Part shown: positions 1 through 6,639 of the stretch, in pieces | Position numbering within the stretch: position 1 is the stretch's first letter | Layout: each line of letters starts with the position of its first letter | IMG/VR virus record: IMGVR_UViG_3300031992_000046 | Span: 1 to 64,000 of that record | Length of the DNA stretch: 64,000 nt | Strand: one strand, 5' to 3' | Source of the DNA: a virus | Lineage: Duplodnaviria > Caudoviricetes | The notes under the pieces: model-generated | The model's input: only the letters and a program-made list of their open reading frames with translations | Told to the model about the DNA's origin: nothing | The model's database searches: none | Translations under genes and position numbers: made by a program

Positions 1-27
1 GGCGGCGGCAGTTTGCTGTCGCGCCCT

Positions 28-69
28 GCGCCCTGCGGCGTGCGCCCTGCGGCGTGCGCCCTGCGGCGT
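28..69. repeat. Tandem repeat, 3 x 14 bp GCGCCCTGCGGCGT (partial copy at 21-27)
   Basis: Exact copies at 28-41, 42-55 and 56-69. Confidence 0.9.
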
Positions 70-102
70 GCCGCTGTCGCGCATTTTAAGGCGGCAAATA
101 GG

Positions 103-139
103 CAAAAAGAGGGCGCGCCGCTGTATGGCGGCGCGCCCT
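103..139 (-). terminator. Intrinsic terminator of the Ala-rich gene
   Basis: 12-bp stem AGGGCGCGCCGC/GCGGCGCGCCCT (110-121/128-139), followed on the minus strand by CTTTTT, about 30 nt after the stop at 172. Confidence 0.8.
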
Positions 140-171
140 GCTAAAATGCGCGTATTTTGCGTTATATGCGC

Positions 172-2175
172 TCACAGAAGCGTCAGCAATTCAATAAAGG
201 TTTTATCGGCAATGTCTGCCGCTTCAAGTTTTGGATACTGCGCCGCGACAGCATCACGCGCGGCGGCTGTTGCTTTTTTCAATGCGCGATTTACTGCGTC
301 TTTACTGATATTTAGCGCGGCGGCGGCTTCCCTATATGATGCGCCCTGATAGACTAAACGCGCGGCGTTTTGTACGGATGGCGTCAAATCTTTTAACAGC
401 GCGTCAGCGGCGGCAGTAAACTCGCCTTTTAATGCTTCTGCGCGGCGCGTTTTGCACTTGCGCGCGGCGGCGGCTTTCACGGCGGCGGCTGTTGCTTCTG
501 CTTCTGTCCATTGCACGGCGGCGGCGGCGGCTGTTGCTTCAATGCTATGCGGCGCGGCGGCTGTCAGCGCGGCGGCAAAATGCACGGCAAGGCGTGCGCG
601 ATGCTGTTGTACGGTCTGATACTTTACGCCCATTTTAACGGCGGCAGGGCGTACAGCACCGCAGGTTTTCCACAGGGCTGTCAAGGCGCGCTTCTGCGCG
701 GCTGTTATGCTGTCAGCAAACAGCGGCAAGGCGGCGGCAATATTCGCGGCGCGGCGGCTGTCATATTCGCGCGCGCTGTCGGTATTGTCGGCGATATCCT
801 GCGGCAGTTCTTCAAGCGACAGCGGCGGCGCGGCGGCTTCTGCGCGTACTGCTTTTATCTGCCCCATATACGCAGATACAGCGGCGGCGTGCGTTGAAGC
901 GGCGGCGGCGGCGGCTTCTGCATCATAACGCGCGCCCTGCAAAACGGCGGCGTGCGTATTTGCGGCGGCTTCTGCGGCGGCGGCTGTCAAATCTGCTAAA
1001 TCTGCATCGTCTGCCCATTTTGCGGCGCGCGCGGCGGCGTACAAACGACATTGTAACGGCGTACCCTGCCGCATCATTTGCGCGCGTATTGTTGCAAGCG
1101 CGGCGCGGCGTGCTTCCGTCTGCATCATTCGCGCATCAGCGGCGGCGGCTTCTGCGGCGGCGCGGCGTGCTTTTTTTGCTTCTGCGTACTGCGGCGCATC
1201 TTCTCTTACACCTTTATATACGGCGGCGGCTTCTGCCGCTTCTGCGGCGGCTTCTGCGGCGGCGGCAATATTGTACACGGCGTTTATGCGCTGTACAGAA
1301 TTGTCTGTATCTGCGTACAGCATCGCAACAACAGCGGCGGCGTGACGGCGTGCGGCGGCAAGCGCGGCGGCAGGGCGTGCCGGAATAGGTTTTATACCTA
1401 ATGAATAACAGAAGCAGGGCGCGGCTTCTTCTTTCGCTTCTTCTGCCGCTGTCAGCGCGGCGGCGCGTGCAAGCGCGGCGCGTGCTGTTGCTGTTGCTTC
1501 TGCTTCTGTACCTGCGGCGGCTTCTGCGGCGGCGGCGGCGCGTGCCGCTTCTGCGGCAAGGCGGCGCGCGCGGCGTGATTTGTCGGTATGAAGATACACT
1601 AAAACAATAACTTCAGTATCAGACAGCAGGGCGCGGCGTTTTGTTTGGGCGAGCAGTACGCGCGCTCCTGCCGCTTCTGCCTTTTCGCGCAGTTTACGCG
1701 CGGCGGCGCGTTCTGCTTTACAGATATTAAAGGCGGCGCGTGCGGCTTCCTTTTTTTCTTCTTCTGCCGCTGTCAGTTTGTCAAGCGCGGCGGCGGCTTT
1801 TTTCGCGGCGGCTGTATCTGTCGCGGCAAGCGCGGCGGCGGCTTCTGTCAGCGCGTGCGCTTCCTTCTGCGCGGCGCGTGCTGTTTCAAGTGCAAGCGCG
1901 GCGCGTGCGGCGGCGGCTTCTGCATCCTGCGCGCGTGCTTCTGTTTGCGCGGCTTCTTCTTCAAGTGCAAGAAGCGCGCGGCGTGCTTCTTCTTGTACTT
2001 TTACGGCGGCGGCGCGGCGTGCTTCTTCAAGCGCGGCGGCTGTAGGCAGGGCGCGGCGTGCATCGCGTGCGGCAAGCGCGGCAATTATGCGCGCGGCAGT
2101 TTGCAGGGCAAGGCGTGCGGCAGGGCGTGCGGCTTCTGCTGTTTGCAGGGCGTGCAGGGTAATGCTGTTTTTCAT
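172..2175 (-). CDS. Ala-rich protein (667 aa) with sigma-70/ECF-like C-terminal HTH domains
   Basis: Long ORF; ATG at 2175 after AAAGAGG; consensus promoter upstream and terminator downstream; two region-4-like HTHs (ITAAQKRALTALW..AAVKMGVKYQTVQQH and LTPSVQNAARLVYQGASYREAAAALNISKDAVNRAL). Confidence 0.7.
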   Translation of the reverse strand: MKNSITLHALQTAEAARPAARLALQTAARIIAALAARDARRALPTAAALEEARRAAAVKVQEEARRALLALEEEAAQTEARAQDAEAAAARAALALETARAAQKEAHALTEAAAALAATDTAAAKKAAAALDKLTAAEEEKKEAARAAFNICKAERAAARKLREKAEAAGARVLLAQTKRRALLSDTEVIVLVYLHTDKSRRARRLAAEAARAAAAAEAAAGTEAEATATARAALARAAALTAAEEAKEEAAPCFCYSLGIKPIPARPAAALAAARRHAAAVVAMLYADTDNSVQRINAVYNIAAAAEAAAEAAEAAAVYKGVREDAPQYAEAKKARRAAAEAAAADARMMQTEARRAALATIRAQMMRQGTPLQCRLYAAARAAKWADDADLADLTAAAAEAAANTHAAVLQGARYDAEAAAAAASTHAAAVSAYMGQIKAVRAEAAAPPLSLEELPQDIADNTDSAREYDSRRAANIAAALPLFADSITAAQKRALTALWKTCGAVRPAAVKMGVKYQTVQQHRARLAVHFAAALTAAAPHSIEATAAAAAVQWTEAEATAAAVKAAAARKCKTRRAEALKGEFTAAADALLKDLTPSVQNAARLVYQGASYREAAAALNISKDAVNRALKKATAAARDAVAAQYPKLEAADIADKTFIELLTLL

Positions 2176-2249
2176 TTTTCTTCCTCTTTCCGTCTGCGCG
2201 TGCGGCGCAGACAATAAAATTTTGTGCGGCGTTTGTGCCGCCGTATGAT

Positions 2250-2278
2250 ATTATAGCAAATCTTTTTCGATTTGTCAA
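2250..2278 (-). promoter_or_regulatory. Consensus sigmaA/sigma70 promoter with extended -10
   Basis: Minus strand TTGACA (2278-2273), 17-nt spacer, TATAAT (2255-2250) preceded by TGn. Confidence 0.9.
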
Positions 2279-2621
2279 AACTTTTTTTCGGCGGCGGCGA
2301 AAGTGCTTTTTTTTCGCTTCAGCACATACGGCGGTAGTTATGGTATTTTCGACGATCTGAAGCAGGGAAAGACCCACAGGCGTCTCTCCTCCCACCTAAC
2401 CCCTCCCCAAAATCCACGCCCTCCCAACGCCCGTAACTCCTTGCGCTGCAAGGCCGCCGGTGAGCCAGCAGAGTAAAAATGAACGATCAGCTGCTGCCTT
2501 CGAAATCGTCGGCTTTTAGAGGTAACAACGCCATCAACATCATTTCGTCTTTTTGTCCGGACAGGCGGTCCGGTGCCCGGTTCTCCAGTGAAAAAAGTTA
2601 GAAGAAATTTGCCCGAAACGC

Positions 2622-2650
2622 TTGACAATTATAGCACATTGGATTATACT
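2622..2650 (+). promoter_or_regulatory. sigmaA-type promoter
   Basis: TTGACA (2622-2627), 17 nt, TATACT (2645-2650); predicted start about 2657. Confidence 0.8.
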
Positions 2651-2656
2651 ATTAGT

Positions 2657-2895
2657 AGGGCGGAAGCCCACATCCCGGCTGTCGGCCCGACGAGACTGTT
2701 GGTACGCACGACACCTCGTCACAGTACCGCGCCTGCGGCGGCTAACGCAGGCAGCTGACAGCCGGGGCACCCGGGTAGGTTTTAAACCATTTTTAACCTC
2801 TGGAAGACACACCCGGGCACCCGGGTCGCAGGAGCGACGAAGTCGGGTTTCTGACAGCCCCGCAACTGTGCTTTCTTATGTACAACCAGAGATTG
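2657..2895 (+). ncRNA. Candidate structured non-coding RNA or long leader, family not recognised
   Basis: Begins at the predicted TSS; stems 2658-61/2666-69 (GGAA loop), 2674-86/2754-66 (13 bp), 2689-94/2715-20, 2731-37/2746-52, 2770-76/2811-17, 2825-29/2834-38; possible pseudoknot 2701-05/2724-28. Confidence 0.55.
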
Positions 2896-3052
2896 TTTTT
2901 CTCTTTAAGGCCGTGGCCGCTATCCCTTGTGCCACAAGGATTCTTTTTTCATTTTACAACCCTCATGGTTGTAAAACGTTGTAAACCCCTGTTTTGGACA
3001 CCCGCTATTTTTACTTCGAATTTCACTCTCACTGCTTTTGGAGGTGTGTATC

Positions 3053-3880
3053 ATGGCAGTCATTCTTGAACACGATAACTCCCGCTTTGGAACCGGTGGC
3101 AGCATCAACCTCGCCGCCTTGAAAGGGAACAACGCTCGCCGGAACGCTACCGGACTCATCGCCCCCGCCGCTCAGGAGACAAAGAGCACCGTCCTCGAGG
3201 AGCACTCCGCTGAGCCTATTAAGAACATGGAGGATATCATCCGCATCTCTCAGTTCCTAATCGAGAACGAACGGTATCGCGATAATATGCTCTTCATCGT
3301 CGGGATCAACTTTGGGCTGCGTGCGTCCGACTTGCTCGAGCTTCGGTTTTTTAACCTTATCACAGACTCGTTCGCTTTCCGCGACTGCTTCCCGGTGTTT
3401 GAGAAGAAGACTCGCCACACGCGTAAGCGTAAGCGCAACCGCTACGTCACTATCAATAACGCAGTCGTCGACGCCGTCACGCTTTATCTGGAACATACCC
3501 CCGGCGTTACGCTCTCCGATTATATGTTTACCTCGGAGAGTAACCACGGGGCGAATAAGGGGGAACCGCTCACCGCCTGGTCGGTCAACCGTATCCTGAA
3601 GGGTATCGCCCGGGATCTCGGTATCACCACCCGCGTCAGCACCCATACGCTTCGTAAGACCTTCGGTTATCATCAGATGGTCATGGGCGGAAACAGTCAG
3701 CGCACCCTGCTTCTGCTTCAGAAGATCTACGGCCACTCGACTCCCGCCCAGACTCTGGAGTATATCGGTATCACCGACGAGGAAATCTCCGAAGCTTATA
3801 ACCGCCTGAACCTCGGCTCGTCCACCGCGAACTACCTCGTTGACTCGCGTATGGTAGAACGCGATGCCGAGGTCGGATGA
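3053..3880 (+). CDS. Tyrosine recombinase
   Basis: GLRASD, HTLRKT, GHS and catalytic Y (TLEYIG); GGAGG before ATG 3053. Confidence 0.92.
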   Translation: MAVILEHDNSRFGTGGSINLAALKGNNARRNATGLIAPAAQETKSTVLEEHSAEPIKNMEDIIRISQFLIENERYRDNMLFIVGINFGLRASDLLELRFFNLITDSFAFRDCFPVFEKKTRHTRKRKRNRYVTINNAVVDAVTLYLEHTPGVTLSDYMFTSESNHGANKGEPLTAWSVNRILKGIARDLGITTRVSTHTLRKTFGYHQMVMGGNSQRTLLLLQKIYGHSTPAQTLEYIGITDEEISEAYNRLNLGSSTANYLVDSRMVERDAEVG

Positions 3881-3898
3881 AGATTGGGGGGTGATTGA

Positions 3899-4237
3899 AT
3901 GTATATAGAGTGGAGTCACGACTTAGAGTGGGGTCACGACATAAATTACGACTTAGAGTGGGGTCACGACATAAATTATGCCCACAATACTGCCACTACT
4001 GTCACTACTCCCACTACTGCCACTGCCACCGGTAGTGGATTGTCGGGATGGTTGGATTCGGCTTCGACAATTCTGTATCCGACAAACGATTGGCGGCACG
4101 CCGCCGAATTGTTTCGGCAGTCCGGTGCGGGGCTGTGGTTATTTAACGAGGACAGTGGAAAGGTGACGACGATAAATTGGGTTGACGACTCGTTCGCCCC
4201 CGCGTCGCCCGAAGAGGTCGCTGAACTGTACGCGTGA
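3899..4237 (+). CDS. Hypothetical protein with DLEWGHDINY repeat and Thr-rich linker
   Basis: ORF with GGGGGTGA SD; C-terminal motif shared with the next gene. Confidence 0.65.
   Translation: MYIEWSHDLEWGHDINYDLEWGHDINYAHNTATTVTTPTTATATGSGLSGWLDSASTILYPTNDWRHAAELFRQSGAGLWLFNEDSGKVTTINWVDDSFAPASPEEVAELYA
3918..3977 (+). repeat. 2 x 30 bp tandem repeat ACGACTTAGAGTGGGGTCACGACATAAATT
   Basis: Exact copies at 3918-3947 and 3948-3977; degenerate partial copy at 3906-3917. Confidence 0.9.
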
Positions 4238-4250
4238 GAGGAGGGGCCGG

Positions 4251-4436
4251 ATGCCAGTTTCAAATGAGACCCTTAACCTGTTTTTGCATGTAGTAGAGGA
4301 CTATAATATTTCTGCTGAAGATTTCGGGTCGTTGGTGACGCAATGGGTTAACATCGCTTCGGCCGTTGACGCAGAGCCAGTTGTCGACGATTTTAAACCA
4401 GCCTCCATGCGGAAACTGAAGAGGCTGTATGAATAG
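4251..4436 (+). CDS. Small hypothetical protein (61 aa)
   Basis: GGAGGGG SD before ATG 4251; operon spacing. Confidence 0.7.
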   Translation: MPVSNETLNLFLHVVEDYNISAEDFGSLVTQWVNIASAVDAEPVVDDFKPASMRKLKRLYE

Positions 4437-4449
4437 GGGGTAGGGTTCA

Positions 4450-4704
4450 ATGACTTCAGATGAATTGGATAAGATGAGTGTGTGTCAGCTCGCCGAACAC
4501 ATAGAGTATCTCATCTGGAAGCTGCGCTATAAGATGCACGAGGAGGTATTTTATAACGATGTGCTACAGGATGATGGCAAGTATGCCAGATGGCTGGCTG
4601 AATACTTCGACGACATTGACAGGGCGGAAATGCTAATCGCTGCATTTTCCGAATGGGATAACATCAAAACATCGTACGAAGTGAACCGTACGGGTGAATT
4701 ATGA
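4450..4704 (+). CDS. Hypothetical protein
   Basis: ORF in a tight operon with a G-rich SD. Confidence 0.7.
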   Translation: MTSDELDKMSVCQLAEHIEYLIWKLRYKMHEEVFYNDVLQDDGKYARWLAEYFDDIDRAEMLIAAFSEWDNIKTSYEVNRTGEL

Positions 4705-4717
4705 GAGGAGGCGTATA

Positions 4718-5170
4718 ATGGCCGAAAACAGAGATATGAGGTGTGTTGCGCCTGGGGGCGCCGGTAGTCAGGGTAACATCAGTATGGTGATGTCTCATTA
4801 CCAGTGGGAGGGCGACACGCTCCTCGAAGATATGAGCTTAGAGATACGCGACGAGCGCGACCGCGTGATATCGGAGCTGGTGTGTAACCACTTCCAAATC
4901 GATTTGAGCGACCTCGGAGAGTGGGCAAAGCAGAAGAAAATGGGTCGGCAACAAGTGTACGACGGTATCGTGCTCGGTACGCCGGACGGACGCGAGTTTT
5001 ACGTCAGAGATATTCCGGCATTCGAAGAGGTGCGGGCAGAGATTTACGACAAAGAAACGATTGTAAGGGACGCCACGGTTACGATATGGGAGAACACTAA
5101 GACCGGGGCAGTATCGTTCGGCTGGAGCGGCGGGGAAGTCGCGGAGGACGAAAGTGGTACATGTATGTGA
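4718..5170 (+). CDS. Hypothetical protein
   Basis: AGGAGG SD before ATG 4718. Confidence 0.7.
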   Translation: MAENRDMRCVAPGGAGSQGNISMVMSHYQWEGDTLLEDMSLEIRDERDRVISELVCNHFQIDLSDLGEWAKQKKMGRQQVYDGIVLGTPDGREFYVRDIPAFEEVRAEIYDKETIVRDATVTIWENTKTGAVSFGWSGGEVAEDESGTCM

Positions 5171-6404
5171 CGCAGTGATGGGCTCCGGCAAGACCGAGAG
5201 CACTATCACATATATCAACGAGCACCGCGATTTTAAGTACGTTTATATCACCCCTTATCTCACTGAAGCGACGCGTATCAAAAAAGGGTGTCCCGACTTA
5301 CACTTCGTAGAGCCGAGCAATAAGCTGAAAGAGTTCAACTTCAAGAAGACACTCCACACCGCAGCCCTCATTCGTGAAGGGCATAACATAGCGACTACCC
5401 ACCAGGCGTTCAAGAACTACACTCACGAGACGCTCGAAGAGATACGCCGGCAGGGATACGTTCTCATAATAGACGAAAATGTCGACGTGCTTGAATCATT
5501 TGAGTTTCACCCCGACGATTTGCAGCTGGCTCTCGACGCGGGGTACGTTGCGGAGAATGATTCGATATACAGGATCTCCGAGCGGGGAGATATATATAAA
5601 GGAAGCGCGTTGCGCGATATGTTTAGCCTGCTCCGTTCACGCGAGCTTATGAAAGTGGTTGACGGCAAAGACAACAGCCTCTTCTTTTGGGCTCTTCCGC
5701 CCGACTTGCTCACTTCGTTCCGCGAGGTGTTCATCCTGACGTATCTGTTCAGTGGGCAGAGTCTGCATCACTTTATGAAGATATACGACATCCCATACGA
5801 GTATATCGGTATTGAGAAAACGGACAGCGGGTTCAGGTTCGGGCCATACCCGGGATATACACCGGATTACATATCCCATCTTGGCGAGAAGTTACATATT
5901 CTCGACAACGATAAGTTGAACGGGGTTGGGGACGACCCTTACGCCCTCTCGATGAGCTGGTATGAGAGAGGGGGCGACGGTGTGGCTCAGCTCCGCAGGA
6001 ACGTTGCGAATTGCTACAATAATATATGGCGCGACGTGCCCGCGGATAAACGGCTCTGGGGTGCTTACAACGGGGCATATAAGAAGATAAAGGGCAAGGG
6101 GTATGCGCGGTCGTTTCTGACGTTCAATGCGAAGGCGACCAACGCATATCGTGATAAAGACTGTCTGGTTTACATCGTAAACCTTTTCATGAACGTGAAC
6201 GAGAAAAAGTTCTATACGCTGCACGGCCTCGAAGTGGACGAAGACAGGTTCGCTCTTTCCACGATGATACAGTGGATATGGCGGTCGGCGATCAGGGAGG
6301 GAGGCGAGGTTAGCCTTTACATCCCCAGCAAGCGAATGCGCAGTCTGCTTGAAGGGTGGATTGAGCGTGTCGCAAAGGAAGGAAACACGGTCTATGAACG
6401 TTAA
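5154..6404 (+). CDS. SF2-like helicase / P-loop NTPase
   Basis: Walker A DAVMGSGKT, Walker B IIDE, C-terminal QWIWRSAIR (motif VI-like). Confidence 0.75.
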   Translation: MVHVCDAVMGSGKTESTITYINEHRDFKYVYITPYLTEATRIKKGCPDLHFVEPSNKLKEFNFKKTLHTAALIREGHNIATTHQAFKNYTHETLEEIRRQGYVLIIDENVDVLESFEFHPDDLQLALDAGYVAENDSIYRISERGDIYKGSALRDMFSLLRSRELMKVVDGKDNSLFFWALPPDLLTSFREVFILTYLFSGQSLHHFMKIYDIPYEYIGIEKTDSGFRFGPYPGYTPDYISHLGEKLHILDNDKLNGVGDDPYALSMSWYERGGDGVAQLRRNVANCYNNIWRDVPADKRLWGAYNGAYKKIKGKGYARSFLTFNAKATNAYRDKDCLVYIVNLFMNVNEKKFYTLHGLEVDEDRFALSTMIQWIWRSAIREGGEVSLYIPSKRMRSLLEGWIERVAKEGNTVYER

Positions 6405-6588
6405 CGTTTGCGAGCGGTGTCTGTATGTGGACGGGTGCGAAGGCAGTGAAGACGGATGCGAATGGTTTCTTGACATCTATGCCGACGTCGTCGACGAATC
6501 TGATTACATACCGAGCAGGGAAGAGTTCTCAAGGCGTTTTATGAGAATTCCGCCCGACGGCGATGACCCCGCCGACATCAGAAGATGA
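6394..6588 (+). CDS. Small Cys-rich acidic protein
   Basis: ATG 6394 after AGGAAGG; CERC..C..C cluster. Confidence 0.6.
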   Translation: MNVNVCERCLYVDGCEGSEDGCEWFLDIYADVVDESDYIPSREEFSRRFMRIPPDGDDPADIRR

Positions 6589-6639
6589 CCCGAAAATTTC
6601 TTTTTTTAGTCAGCCAAAAACAATTATAGCACGATTGGG

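Noticed and set aside
68-2248. Many plus-strand ORFs over the low-complexity block
   Set aside because: Arg/Gly/Ala shadow frames caused by few stop codons; promoter, RBS and terminator all support the minus-strand gene.
1-2335. Low-complexity block as a sequencing artefact or simple satellite
   Set aside because: It keeps a 667-codon ORF with HTH motifs and a consensus promoter and terminator, and is not periodic. Read-level confirmation is still advisable.
2686-2760. Hammerhead ribozyme (CCGACGAG resembles CUGANGA)
   Set aside because: Core mismatch and no correctly placed GAAA or cleavage triplet.
3906-3977. Mini CRISPR array
   Set aside because: Repeats are adjacent, without unique spacers, in-frame in an ORF; no cas genes.
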